A stretch of 64,000 nucleotides of DNA, taken from contig JAQGDQ010001065.1 of NCBI GenBank assembly GCA_030141605.1, positions 1,901-65,900 of the forward strand, read 5' to 3'. Of this stretch, positions 26,553 through 42,154 are shown piece by piece; position 1 is the stretch's first letter, and each line of letters opens with the position of its first letter. The position numbers and the translations under genes were made by a program. Below the pieces are notes generated by a model, which saw nothing but the letters and a program-made list of their open reading frames with translations, made no database searches and was not told where the DNA came from. Origin of the DNA: Tubiluchus corallicola. Taxonomy: Eukaryota; Animalia; Priapulida.

Positions 26553-27597
26553 GGTTAGTTTAACGATGCTTTTGCCTGTTATTTCCACTTTTGCACACGC
26601 TTTTTGACACAGTCACACTGCAGTGTGGAAAATATACTTTGCAAATCAATAATGACTCATCAATAACTAGCTAATGAATGGCGTTAAAATTAACACGTAG
26701 TGATACTCATTAATATCTGTTGCAAAAAGTAGTAATTAGAACTTTACAGTGCTCGAAAACTCCCTAACGAGTGCACATAATTCTAAATTGTCTACAAGTG
26801 ATTGTTAGGTCTTCCATTATGAAGATATGGAAACCTTTATTTAAAGTTTTCTATTGATATTCAAAAGTTTTTACATTGTTGAGAGTAGTGGGTGCATCGC
26901 TTGAGTATCAAGCTGCTATGTGCATTTGGCTTCACTTTAGAGTCAAAACAGATTAACTTTGCATATGGAAGGTCTAGCTAAGACCTGTAAACTATGTATT
27001 TTCTTTCAACAGGTTAAGTAATAGGCAACAAGGCCAGTCAAGACAAATTTTTGTCCACATGTGACTGCTGTGATGATGCTGGCCTACACCTCTCCGGAGT
27101 ACCATTTAGCTGTGTATAAAAAACTTTGATACAATTCAATTAAAGCTGCTGGTTGATTCTAACAAAAGCCTCACCTCATATGAAACAACTGTTGTGCTTA
27201 CAATAAATAGTGATGATCAGTACAATTATAAGTATGGTATTACAAGTTAAACAGGTTGCGGTTACAGACATTTATAACAGGGAAAATTGCTGACATGCGT
27301 GTTTTGAATGCTTTATTCTCTGTGTTTCTGTAGCCAGAGTCCAAAACATGCTACTGAAGTTTGTTGTTTTTATAGTATATATATTTAATTACATATATAC
27401 TTTATATATATACATAAAGTATATATATATATACGTATATATATTTATATTATAAAAGTAACAAACTTAAGGAGTTTACAAAAAGAATATATATATATAT
27501 ATTCTGACACCACTGAACTGCTGGAGGCATCTTGCCACCCGGGGGTGATTCGGGCCTGCAGGTACGGAAGCGGAGTAGCCTAATAATGATTTCTACT

Positions 27598-27687
27598 TAA
27601 CCACAGTTAAACAAAGCTGAATACATATATTATATTGTATATATTATAATTTTATATATATATATAAAATTATATATACATATATAT

Positions 27688-27738
<51 letters not shown>

Positions 27739-27837
27739 TAAAATTATAATATATACAATATAATATATGTATTCAGCTTTGTTTAACTGTGGTTATATAT
27801 ATATTTGTTTGAAAATTTTGTCGTCGTCATTGTTGTT

Positions 27838-27868
<31 letters not shown>

Positions 27869-28153
27869 ACTATATATATATATGCATATATAGTTTTGTG
27901 GCAATAACAAGCAAAAACAACTTTAAACCAACTCTTCTGACTGTTTAAATGTATTATATTATATATGTATGTATATATATATTAAAACAGTCAGAAGAGT
28001 TGGTTTAAAGTTGTTTTTGCTTGTTATTGCCACAAAACTATATATACATATATATATAGTTATATTGCTATATATATATATATATATATATATATCAACT
28101 ATTATAGTTGCTATATATATATATCAGCAACAACGATGACGACAAAATTTTCA

Positions 28154-28165
<12 letters not shown>
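27598..28165. repeat. Two adjacent (TA)n-hinged inverted repeats
   Basis: 27598-27655 is the reverse complement of 27738-27795; 27801-27946 mirrors 27985-28162. Confidence 0.85.
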
Positions 28166-28197
<32 letters not shown>

Positions 28198-28784
28198 CTG
28201 CCCCTGCCCTGCACCCATTTATATATACATATAAAAATATACAAAAATTAATAGTTAAAGAACAATATAAAATTTAAAGACTAACCATAAAGACTAGCCT
28301 TCTATTATTACGGACAGATTGGATTGCATGTTGTTGATCACTTCAAATGGATAACCTAAAATTTATATCACATATTCATTAATCAAATTCAAAATTATGT
28401 TCACGTAACCGAAGTTGTAATCAACTCTTTTCCACGAAACTAATAATTAGCTTTGTCATTCGTTAATGGCTTGTCACCGTCGTTGCCGTCAAAGAGAGTG
28501 CCTCTTTTATGAAGTTGCCCCTCCTTTTAAATATAGTTCTGGCACCAATTATCTGTTTCTCAGTTATTGTAATTTACTTTTTGCTGCTTTCTGTCTTATT
28601 TGATAAAGCGTTTTAATGCTTAATAACCGAGTGTCATGCTTTTTCATTTTTGCCGTAATGTTATTTTCAAGAAGCATTCTCACGCAGTCGCATTATACTG
28701 TCTCCAATTAATTATTATGCTACTTTAATACACCTCTATGTAAATTAAACATCCGCTGTGGTCGTTTCTTCTCTTTTTCTTCTT

Positions 28785-29225
28785 CCTATCCCTAATCTTA
28801 CTGTTTTTTCCCATTCCATCATGTCTACTAACCCTAACCATTCTTTCATTAACTCGTTCTCTCCTCCCTTCCTTCTTCCTCCCCGTAATCTTACTATTTT
28901 TTCCATTCCATCATGTCTACAAACCCTAACCATACTTTCGTTCACTCGTCCTCCCCTCCCTTCCTTCTTCCCATCCCTAATCTTACTATTTTTCCATTCC
29001 ATCATGTCTACTAACCCTAACCATTCTTTCATTCACTCATACTCAGCTCCCTTCCTTCTTCCTATCCCTTATCTTACTATTTTTTTCCCATTCCATCATG
29101 TCTACTAACTCTAACCATTCTTTCATTCACTCATCCTCCCCTCCCTTCCTTCTTCCTATCCCTAATCTTACTATTTTTCCATTCCATCATGTCTACTAAC
29201 TCTAACCATTCTTTCATTCACTCAT
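28785..29225. repeat. ~92-bp minisatellite, ~5 copies
   Basis: CCATTCCATCATGTCTAC recurs. Confidence 0.9.
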
Positions 29226-31394
29226 TTGTGCCACCTTAACAAGCCAAGCTTTCAAGGTGTCATACAGAAACTCTTTTATTTGGTTAATTTGACTTCATCA
29301 ACGTTTTTTTTACCTATACTGTTCCTTTTTGTTTCAATAATATTGTATGTTGATGTATTGTATATGTATTGCTGGAGTGAAATAAATTGAATGATTGATT
29401 GATTAAATTTCCATGACATATATAATGTAGGTGTACATGTAATGGAAGAAAAGAAAAAATGTCTTTGTGCTTTGTGTGTTGCATTGTTGCTCATTTATAA
29501 TCTACTGTCGTGCATTTGTAAATGTAGCGGTTCCAAAAGCTATAGTGTTCCAAAAACTTGGTGTGGAGGTATTACAAAGGCCAGTTAACATATTATATGT
29601 GTGCTTGCATAGCAAAATCGTTCATAAATCGGCAACTAAGGCTTTCTAGTTATTCACACATGCCGAATCCTTATTCCATGAGAATCATTTCGATACCAAG
29701 CTCATCGCTCTATGTTATTTCTAAGCTGAGATAATCCACTTTGAAGTTGAGGTGCAGGCTGCACACTGAAAAACATAATCTTGAGAAAATATCTGTTAAA
29801 GTTAGCCATTGTTTTTGTCGCGTTTCTACAAAACACTTAGCAACCGTACGTAAGTCTGGTTGCTATGGACTTTGCAAGAGCACATTGAAGTTTTGCTTAG
29901 ATCCAGTAAATGGCTCTTTCTGACGAAGGTCTAAGCTTGACAACTGAAAAAACCCGAAGCAAAATGACAGCTGCCTGGAACTACCATCTGAGTTTAAAAA
30001 TACAAGTTTTTTTACAATTGCAGTACTAGCTTCTAGGCAGAAAGTCATAAGTCATTTATTTCACCTTACACATTTACAATGGTTACATATACAATATCTA
30101 GTGAAAGGACCTACAATGAACATAATACAAATAAGAAATACTGCACAGGAAAAGCCTCAAACACTGTTCACTTATACACGAAGGTAAATGTGTTGCGGGC
30201 AATCAAAAAGCAGGGCTTGCTAGATTGTCCCACAAAGTGGGTAAGGAGTTATAAAATTAAACTTTTAGTATTTTTTGAACACTTTCTTGATAATTTGATG
30301 ATATAATATAAAAGTCCAATTTATTTAGCGTTCATTTTTACAAAATACGAAAAATTGACGTTTGACCAAATTTTTGGGTCATTCATCATTCTACTTTGAA
30401 GCATCATGACGCTGTTATAACTATATGCCGACTGGTTTTATAATTCCTGGCAAGTTTCTTCAAGATTCTAAAAAATAATCGACGAATCAGCGGCCGGAAA
30501 CAGTGAGAAGGACAAATCCAGCTGCTTCAAAGCACTCGCGACGAGTCGTAAAGAAAGTATCGAAATCTTGTTGTTCAATATTTGCTCTCACTTAGCCGTC
30601 GCAGCTCACAAAGAGGAAGTCCATCCCTGCTTAGTTCAAGCCACAAGTTAAAGGAAATCGTTTGAAGCTTTTACATATAAATTAAGAATTACTGCCTTAA
30701 TTGGCCGTCTAACGTGGCGGCGAAAAATCGAATTAGACCGTTAATGGTTTAACGAGTAAATGCTCGTCCGCATTAAACAAGGCGCGGCCATGACAGGGGT
30801 TGCTAAGCAACGCCGTCTACGTCACGTTTAGCTCAAGAATTCTTAAAAAGATTACCAGGAACGGCTGCTTTGCTGCCGTCCATTGTTCTATTCGATTGTT
30901 CGTTGTAGATATTTTTCACATTGGTGCGTTCTAACTGGTGGTATTCCACAGGGGGCATGTATCGGCCCGCTGCTGTTAAGTGCAAGTATGGAAGCTCAGC
31001 CAAGCCAACTCCGCATGGCTCATTTGATGTACTTAGCGCACGAAATTGTGCTTATTGCCCAGACTTTGATGTCAATCGTCCATCCAAACATTACGATTCA
31101 ATTTGCCGGCAAATCCCCCTTTTGTTGTTTATCATCAAGAGTTTGAGCCTGGCGTTAAACCCTAGCGGCTTAGAGTCGTCAAAGCCGGATGAGACGTGAG
31201 GCTGTTTGTACGTGTGTCTGTCCATATTCCTGTGGATATGTTTTAATATGAGATGCTCATTTAGTTTATTTTATTGTGGACTAAATAATCGTAACTGTGA
31301 AAAAGGCAGAGAGTTTATATATGTACTATATAATATAATATTGTCATAGTTGTATTTCAAATACTTTTAAATACATGTATTTTTAAAGCAAATT

Positions 31395-32110
31395 CCTTTT
31401 TCTTTCTTTTTCCTTTCATTTTCTTTTTCATTTTTTCGGTTTCTGTTTTTCTTTATATTTTCTCTTTTCTTTCCACTTTTTCTTTTCTTCTTTGTTTCTT
31501 CATTTCTCTTCTTTTCTCTTTCTTTCTTTTTGCTTTCTATCTTCTTTTTTCCTTCCTTCATTCGTTTTTCTTTCTTTCTTTCTTTCTTCTTTCCTTCCTT
31601 CCTTTCTTTTTTTGCTTGTTTGTTTTTTTCCTCCCTTCTTCTTTCTTTGTTCGTTTCTTTCCTCCCTTCCTTTTACTTTCGTTCTTTCGTTTCCTCTTTT
31701 TCTTTCTTTTCTTTCTTTTTACCCCTCTTCCTTCCTTTCTTCCTCCTTTTTTCTTTCTCTCCTTTTCCTTCTTTTTCTCTTTTCTCATTTTTTTCTTTTC
31801 TTTCTTTTTACCTTTCTTCTTCTCCCTTTTTTCGTTCTTTCTCTCTTTTCCTCCCCCTTTCTCTTTTCTCATTTCTTTCTTTTCTTTCTTTTTACCTTTC
31901 TTCTTTACTTTTTTTCGTTCCTTCTCTCTTTTCCTTCCCTTTTCTCTTTTCTCTTTTCTCTTTTCTCATTTTTTTCTTTTCTTTCTTTTTACTTTTCTTC
32001 TTTCCTTTTTTTCATTCCTCTCTCTTTTTCCCCTTTTTCTCTTTTCTCATTTTTTTCTTTCTTTTATCGCTTTTTTCTTACCTTCTCCTTTCTTCCCTTC
32101 TGCTTTTCTT
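31395..32110. repeat. Polypyrimidine low-complexity tract
   Basis: Almost entirely T and C. Confidence 0.95.
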
Positions 32111-32491
32111 AGTAACTTTTTATCACAGAACACTGGTCTTTGTTATACTGAAAACATCAAAATGCCGTTTATGCTGTTGAGTAGTTAGATCTGCCACTCA
32201 AACTCATAATAACTGCAACATTAACTATCCTCCGCTAAAGTATTGATTTTATCTTTGACTAACGTGTCAATTAAGATGATTTTTCGTGTCCACTGAAACC
32301 AATACTCACTCTAGCGTAACCGCCAGCAAAGTGCTTCTCAATTATTTATATTGTATTTGAAAGAGATCCATAAATTTGGTAGTAAACTTTGCCTGAGGTG
32401 ACAGCTTTGCGAAATCTTTTCATAGCTGCCAAGCAGATGACACCATTGGTGGAATTCCCACGAGGACGGCACGCAATTGTGCCTCTGTTGT

Positions 32492-33144
<653 letters not shown>

Positions 33145-35214
33145 CCTGTTGTAAGTCGACCCTGCCTGAACGAATTCGCCGCTTAAATCACTCCGCCAGT
33201 ATTCGTCTCGTAATTATGTCGGGGAAAAGTATAATGACGAATTAACGTCGCAGGTTTACAGTCGATTGTTACGAATAAATGGGTTTCTTCATTTACCCGC
33301 ACGGGGAATCATAACTGCAGTCATATATTCCCCGCCATAATCCAGAAAAATTACTTTGGGAGATGATAATAACCATGTAAGATTAGTCGACTCGATTACT
33401 CCGTGCAGATGTTGCTCGAGTCGATTGCTTTTTATAATTTATATGGCGCGTATAATGAGCTGTGGAGATTGCAGCGTATCATGGGCTATTACGCGCCACT
33501 GCGCATGCGCCGCGTGATTGTCAATTACACAGACGAGAGCGCTTCAGTTTCATTAGATCACAGTGTTGTTCAATTATTGCGGTTATATTATATAGTTACG
33601 GGTTATTATTATTATATAGGCAGGCTAAATGGCTGAGCAGAATACCCTTATAAGCGTCAGATATGGTTAGAAGCTTGCCGCGTGTAACAATAATAAAATC
33701 AAATAAAAAAGAAGAAAAAAGAAGAAAAAAATGGCGAAGTGGTGAGTGGACGATAGACGTTGAAAGGAGGCAGAGAAAAGAAAAGAAAACGAAAGTAAAA
33801 GAGGCTGTAAGAATAGCACAAAAACGTAGAAAAAGGAAGGGAAAGAAAAAAAAGCGTGGAAGAAGAAAGAAAAAGGCATTAGTAGAAGCAAGGTGAAAAC
33901 AAAACAAGAAAAAAGTAAAATAGAAATGTGGCTGCAGAAAAGAAAAAATATTTTAGAAAATATATATATAAATATATAAATTACATTATATATAAATATA
34001 TAAAAATATATATACTTTTTATCAGTAGGCCCCTATAGAAATTCAAGGAAGTTGGACTTTTCATCGGAGAAAATAGCATTTAATACCAAGTCAGTAATAT
34101 TAGATTGCAAAATATTTTAATTTGTTTAGTGCACAGTAAGGTGACGCCAGAAGAGCTTTAAAGGAAAACATTCTGACCTATAAATTATTGAAAGGGAGCA
34201 AAAAGTTATTGTCTTTTTTCAAGAACCACTTACGTGAAAGAATTGTTGCCATGGAAACGTAATTTTGCGTTCGCGCGGTCAGTTCGTCGCTGTTGCATGC
34301 ATTTCGCTGTTCGATGGGCACCAGCGCTATCTGGATAACGCACTGCACAAAGGAAGAGGCACTGTACCTCTTAGTTCAGGTGTTGTTCAGTTGTGACGTA
34401 GGGTACACGTTCGAGTGCTCATGCGTGAGCAAGTTACAAACTTTAAATTTAAGTTTTTAAACCTAAAATTTAGGGAGTTTTTGTGTATCACACTGAATGT
34501 TGTACAGTAGCATTGTACTTCAATTTTCACTTTCACACACATGTACAGGGCAAGTTCGTGGAATATTTTTGCTGTTTGAAAATTTTGCTAGTTTGTGATG
34601 TCATCAATAATGGGTTCGCCCGCCGTTAATTAAACGTTTAATCTATTACTCAATTATCAGAAAAGCTTTTGTAATATTAATTGTGTTAAAATGTACAATT
34701 TTGTCGGACTTGTAGTACTATATGGTAGTATAATGTGATAGTATAATGTACGAAAATGTGGTAGTGTATGAAAAATCATCCTGTCTTCCTTTAATTATAA
34801 ATGTGGGCAAGGAAATAGGGGTGAGAGCTGATTCTGAATTAAAGTCTGAATTAATAAAATTTAATTTTACTACGATCTGTTGAAATCGTTATGATGTGAC
34901 GTCATCAATTGTAGCTACCCGGCCGTTAGTTAAAATTTTCAACCTATTATTGAATTATCTGAAATACTTTGGCATCATTATAAGTGTTAAAATGTATACT
35001 CTTAACTGTACTTCAAAATTGGACGGGATCTGAAAAATCATCCTGTTTTCCTTTAAGTAATAAATGGCAAGGAAATGGGGGGGGGAGAGCTGATTCTGAA
35101 TTAAAGTTTTCCCACAATTATTTAGCCTGTTAGCTTTTACAATCAGAGAATCATACAACACAATCATTAACAAGTCACGAAGAATTATATTATAATATCT
35201 ATACTAGCAGGTAC

Positions 35215-37110
35215 AATCACAGAATCAAATAACATGGTTATTATCAATACTAAAATACCACTATACTAAAACACAGAGGAACTTAGCCTGGCTAGCCCAC
35301 AGGTCTAAATGTTCAAGGAAGACCTGTCTTACACAGCTTAAATACAGAAAACTAGAACACTATTAATGTAAATGGTCATTCAGAAGCAAATAACATATTA
35401 TTATCAATACTAAAATACAGCGAAACAATTAGCCTGGCTAGCCCACAGGTCTAAATGTTCAAGGTAGACCTGTCTTACACAGCTTAAATACAGAAAACTA
35501 GAACACTATTAATGTAAATGGTCATACAGAAGCAAATAACATATTATTATCAATACTATAATACTAAAACACAGCGAAACAATTAGCCTGGCTAGCCCAC
35601 AGGTCTAAATGTTCAAGGTAGATCTGTCTTACACAGCTTAAATACAGAAAACTAGAACACTATTAATGTAAATGGTCATACAGAAACAAATAACATATTA
35701 TTATCTATACTAAAATACTAAAATACTAAAATACAGCGAAACAATTAGCCTGGCTAGCCCACAGGTCTAAATGTTCAAGGTAGACCTGTCTTACACAGCT
35801 TAAATACAGAAAACTAGAACACTATTAATGTAAATGGTCATTCAGAAGCAAATAACATATTATTATCAATACTAAAATACCACTATACTAAAACACAACG
35901 GAACAATTAGCCTGGCTAGGCCACAGGTCTAAATGTTCAAGGAAGACCTGTCTTACACAGTTTAAATACAGAAAACTAGAACACTATTAATGTAAATGGT
36001 CATTCAGAAGCAAATAACATATTATTATCAATACTAAAATACAGCGAAACAATTAGCCTGGCTAGCCCACAGGTCTAAATGTTCAAAGTACACCTGTCTT
36101 ACACAGCTTAAATACAGAAAACTAGAACACTATTAATGTAAATGGTCATTCAGAAGCAAATAACATATTATTATCTATACTAAAATACTAAAATACTAAA
36201 ATACAGCGAAACAATTAGCCTGGCTAGCCCACAGGTCTAAATGTTCAAGGTAGACCTGTCTTACACAGCTTAAATACAGAAAACTAGAACACTATTAATG
36301 TAAATGGTCATTCAGAAGCAAATAACATATTATTATCAATACTAAAATACTAAAACACAGCGAAACAATTAGCCTGGCTAACCTACAGGTCTAAATGTTC
36401 AAGGTAGACTTGTCTTACACAGCTTAAATACAGAAAACTAGAACACTATTAATGTAAATGGTCATTCAGAAGCAAATAACATATTATTATCTATACTAAA
36501 ATACTAAAATACTAAAATACAGCGAAACAATTAGCCTGGCTAGCCCACAGGTCTAAATGTTCAAGGTAGACCTGTCTTACACAGCTTAAATACAGAAAAC
36601 TAGAACACTATTAATGTAAATGGTCATTCAGAAGCAAATAACATATTATTATCAATACTAAAATACTAAAACACAGCGAAACAATTAGCCTGGCTAACCT
36701 ACAGGTCTAAATGTTCAAGGTAGACTTGTCTTACACAGCTTAAATACAGAAAACTAGAACACTATTAATGTAAATGGTCATTCAGAAGCAAATAACATAT
36801 TATTATCTATACTAAAATACTAAAATACTAAAATACAGCGAAACAATTAGCCTGGCTAGCCCACAGGTCTAAATGTTCAAGGTAGACCTGTCTTACACAG
36901 CTTAAATACAGAAAACTAGAACACTATTAATGTAAATGGTCATTCAGAAGCAAATAACATATTATTATCAATACTAAAATACTAAAACACAGCGAAACAA
37001 TTAGCCTGGCTAACCTACAGGTCTAAATGTTCAAGGTAGACTTGTCTTACACAGCTTAAATACAGAAAACTAGAACACTATTAATGTAAACGGTCATTCA
37101 GAAGCAAATA
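35215..37110. repeat. 146/154/162-bp minisatellite, ~12 copies
   Basis: TTAGCCTGGCTA recurs 12 times; length varies by an internal 8-bp TACTAAAA unit. Confidence 0.95.
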
Positions 37111-37859
37111 AGTACAGTAAGATTAGAGGGAAATTTAAGGTATTTCAATGTCATTCAGAAGCAAATACGTACAGTAAGATTAGAGGGAAATTTAAGGTAT
37201 TTCAATGTTGTAACAAGCCTAAAAAAGGAGGGAATGAAAGAGAGATGAGCAAAAACAAAAACAATGTAATATTCACAAGTAAAGTTAATCAAACGCGAAG
37301 TAATTATGAGACGAACTTCGCGACAATAAACATTGGCCTTACACCAACACTCATGGAAACCCTTCGCTACGCTGTAATAGTTTACAACATTCTCAAGTGC
37401 AAAAACACCACGTGCGAGTCACATTGAGTGATGATGACGGGACGTAGAGTTGGCTAATGAGCAGTGAGGATACCAGGCGCTAGAAAGATGACCCTGCTGA
37501 TGATACTGATGACAAGCATGTGTTGCCGTGGGTGATGCTGTTGCATAGTTTCGGTCAGATTCTGGAGCTTTGTAGATGAAATAGGCGGAAGTCGAGTCGG
37601 CGAGAGAGTAGTGTTTAGAGTAATGGTGGATTTTTCTAGAAGTAGAAAGTAGAATATTTCTCCAGAACTTTTTTGAAACTTTTGATTGAGATTTTTAACT
37701 CACTAAGGTTTGGCTATTCTAACGATTTGTCTTTTTGGTGTATTTCTGTTTTCATTTTTTATTCTTTTATTTATTCATTCTGTCATTTAAGCATTTATTT
37801 ATCCACGTGAGGTATTCCTTAACGTATTTATTCATTCAAACACGTATTCATTATTCTTA

Positions 37860-38410
37860 TTATTCATTCATTCATTCATTCATTCATTCATTCATTCATT
37901 CATTCATTCATTCATTCATTCTTTCTTTCATTCATACGTACGTACGTACGTACGTACGTTCGTTCGTTCGTTCGTTCGTTCGTTCGTTCGTTCGTTCGTT
38001 CGTTCGTTCGTTCGTTCATTCGTCCATTCGTTTATTCGTTCATTCGTTCATTCGTTCATTCGTTCATTCATTCATTCATTCTTTCTTTCATTCATTCATA
38101 CATACAGACATACATACATACATACATACATACATACATACATACATACATGCATGCATGCATGCATGCATGCATGCATGCATACATACATACATACATA
38201 CATACATACATACATACATACATACATACATACATACATACATACATACATACATACATACATACATACATACATACATACATACATACATACATACATA
38301 CATACATACATACATTCATTCATTCATTCATTAATTAATTAATTCATTCATTCATTCATTCATTCATTCATTCATTCATTCATTCGTTCGTTCATTCATT
38401 CATTAATTCA
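37860..38410. repeat. Compound tetranucleotide microsatellite (TTCA/TACG/TTCG/TACA/TGCA)
   Basis: Direct inspection. Confidence 0.97.
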
Positions 38411-39021
38411 TTTCATGTTTCATGCCAATTTCCTGCTTTCATTCACGCTACTTAAAACTGCCATTAAATACTGCTTGAGAAAAACCCAATAATTTTAACC
38501 ATTACAACCCACCTTAGTCATCCCAGTCTTAGACGACAGCAGCGCCTCCTGGGAGAGATTGGAGGAGATAAGTGCCACCAAACGGGAGGATCAGTGTAAC
38601 GAAACCTGCACTTGCCAATTAATATTTAAGCAGCTGTGAGGAAGCCATGTAGATTCTCCTAAGAAGCCAAGTAGATTCTCCTGGGTTTTCTACAAACTGT
38701 CTGCGGTAATTGCTAGGCTACTGGTGAAGCCATTATTTAATGATTTACATAATTTGTTGATTAATAATTAAACAAGCGTTTCCTTTATCGGTCGCTTGAG
38801 ATTTTTCTTCCATTTGCGAGCAAAGCCGCTGTGCAAACCGGAAGTGCTTTTGATGGGCTTCCGGCTGTCGCCCGTGCAACAATTGGAACAAGTTATTAGG
38901 CGCGCGAGTTTTTGTAGTTGGATAGGTACTGAAGGCTGCGTGAAGATGATATGTTTTAGAAAGTAAAACTGTTGCTTCAGTCGTATTCGAACCCGGGTCT
39001 TTTGTACTTCCCGCCGTCATG

Positions 39022-39558
<537 letters not shown>

Positions 39559-39679
39559 GTATATATATTAGTGACTCACGGCACAGACACACGATCGACT
39601 TTTTCGGTCAAAAAATCGTATCATGTTGTGCTCTTCCAATCTTGTTTGTCGACGAATTTGTGTCATTCAGCAAACTGGC

Positions 39680-40575
39680 ATTTCAGTCAAGTCAGTTTTT
39701 ATATGAATCGTCATTTGTAAAGTTTTTGCTGACTTTTCATTATATGAAGTACATAAGTGTCCGAGCGTGTGCGTGCATTTTTGACATATATTTTTATTTT
39801 TGATCAATATATTTTATATATTTTTGACTAAAATAGGGCAAAATCCCGAAAAATTCGTTGTTTTCTAAGCCATTTTATGCATATCTATTCCTCTACGGCG
39901 CATTTTAGTTACATACTCACGTTTCTAAAGAAATCGATGACAAATCTTGACTGGTACACCTGCGATTTTTGTCGTCTGACAAGAGTTGAAAGACAAAAGC
40001 TAGCAGCGTGTCAAAATGTTTAAATCGTCCACGCAACTTGTACATTGAGTAACCAATTGAGTAACAATACGTCGTGTTTCTTATCAAGAGTGAATTAGGT
40101 CTTCCACTAGCTTTTCAGTCATACTTTACTCCAGTTTCAAATCAACATGATCATTACACAAGATATTCAGTCGGAAACTATGTACTCCCCCTTCCAAAAA
40201 CAAATATAATGAAACAGTCATCAAAATATAATGCTATTAAAATATTGTCATCAATTCCGCGTGAAATGAAAACTCTTAATCTTTATCAATTTAAAAAAGC
40301 ATCAAAAAATTACCTACTACAACGGTATAATTAACTCGCAATTTTACTCATCCTGATCTTAAGTTACTAACAAAACTTATTTTGTTCTAATGTATGCCAT
40401 AGCTCACAATTTTACTCATCCTGATCTTAAGTTACTAACAAAACTTATTTTGTTCTAATGTATACCATAACTGATGAAAATGTAATGTTAATTGTCAATT
40501 TTTCCACTTATCTGGAGGAGGACTCGAAAGCTAAATGCTCCTTCCTCCTCCTCACAGTAACTCGTTTAGTTTATA
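39680..40575 (+). mobile_element. Dispersed repeat with a non-LTR retrotransposon ORF2 C-terminus, 3' UTR and hairpin tail
   Basis: 40074-40334 translates to HDHYTR...LPLPKT...SKYNAIK...IPREMK...FKKASKNYLL, typical of CR1/L2-group RT tails; inverted copy at 1700-2858. Confidence 0.75.
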
Positions 40576-41281
40576 TTTTTTTCAATGTAATATCAATTTG
40601 TATGTATGTTTGCAAATGAAGGTTTTACGCTACCAAGATGAGTTCACCCTAATCTGCACTGATGCGCGAACGTTCCACGTTGGTGTAATAACACATTGGG
40701 CTAGGCTGGCAACACGTTCTAACATTTCTGACACCCAATTATTTTATCGCATCATTTTGCCTGCTGTCAAACACCTGGGACGAAGGAGAATCGAATCATT
40801 TCCCATTCTCATGTGGCATCCAGCGCCTCCGGGGAATCTCTTACCACTTACCACCGATACCCTCCGTGTTAAATCAAAAAATGCGAAAATTTCCCTGACT
40901 AATTTTTCTAAGCTGTCTAAACGAGTTGCCATTAGCGATCAAAGCGCCGTCACACGTGGTGGCAGATTTTCTTAATTAGCAGGCGATACATGAACGGTGA
41001 GCGCCATCTGAAATCAAACACCACCTAGCGGCTGCACGTTTAATGGATGCAAGATTGGCCTTATTGTGCAGCGGAGGTTCAGTTACAGACATTGGTGTTT
41101 AGCTTCACTCCGTGTTTGTTTTATCAACCATTATCCAGGGAAATTAGACTTCATATGTACAGATATCACTTATCCTGTACAAAGCGTTCACTAAGGCAAA
41201 CTGACAGCACCCCTTCCGTAATATAATAGACTGTCTCTCAATTAAGCAGTCATTAATTAACGACTTATGCTAGAAACTCAA

Positions 41282-41389
41282 ATCACGTTGAAAACACCGG
41301 TTCTCGTCTGATCACGGAAGTTAAGCAACGTAGAGCCTAGATAGTACTTGGATGGGTGACCGCTTAGGAATACCAGATGCTGTAGGCTT
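41282..41389 (+). pseudogene. 5S rRNA-derived sequence, 5'-truncated
   Basis: ATCACGTTGAAAACACCGGTTCTCGTCTGATC...GAAGTTAAGCAACGT...AGTACTTGGATGGGTGACCGC...GCTGTAGGCTT; first ~12 nt missing and no oligo-T terminator. Confidence 0.88.
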
Positions 41390-42046
41390 GCGGGATGCCC
41401 ACACTGTATCTCGACACTAGGCGGAGGAGCTGCACAAATCGTTCACTAAGGCAAACTGACAGCACCACTTCCGAAATGGATACAAAACACCAGTTTAACG
41501 TGTTGACCAAAAGTTTTTTTTATTGTTGTTAGAGCCTTTAACAGCTACAAAGACAGGAATGAGAACTGCAAGTAGCCTTAAGAACAGCGACGTCACAACA
41601 ATAAATTCGTAAGAAATTCACTGTCATAATGCTCATCACAGTCAGATCAGAAAAATAGAGCAATGGTGGAGAGAACCAAAAGACGGGTAAAATGTCATAC
41701 AACTACTACAGCTATAGCTCACGAAGGGCCAAAATGCTAATGCATTGAAGGATATTAGGTGCTTCAATTTTAAAAGACTGGCTACTGTAAAAGGTAAAAA
41801 GCCTACTACATAAACAAACAGGTGGCAGTACCGTGGCAGTAATTGAGAACTAAATTAAAACCAAAAAAGGGCCTATGCACCCACTACACCTTCCATAATA
41901 TAATAGACTGCCTATTATGAGAAACAACTACATGTATTGCTGTAATAACTGTAATACTAGACTAGCTGACAGCACCCCTTCCATAATATAATAGACTGTC
42001 TCTCAACTAAGTACTCATTAATTAACGACTTATGCTAGAAACTCAA

Positions 42047-42154
42047 ATCACGTTGAAAACACCGGTTCTCGTCTGATCACCGAAGTTAAGCAACGTACAG
42101 CCTGGTTAGAACTTGGATGGGTGACCGCCTAGCAATACCAGGTGCTGTGGGCTT
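42047..42154 (+). pseudogene. 5S rRNA-derived sequence, 5'-truncated, copy 2
   Basis: As copy 1, with substitutions. Confidence 0.88.

Noticed and set aside
25712-26563. 283-aa repeat ORF
   Set aside because: It is a 69-bp minisatellite whose monomer is non-coding upstream DNA in the other paralog
29467-30306. Short ORFs suggesting a transposase or gene remnant
   Set aside because: No recognisable motif or consistent splice structure in any frame examined
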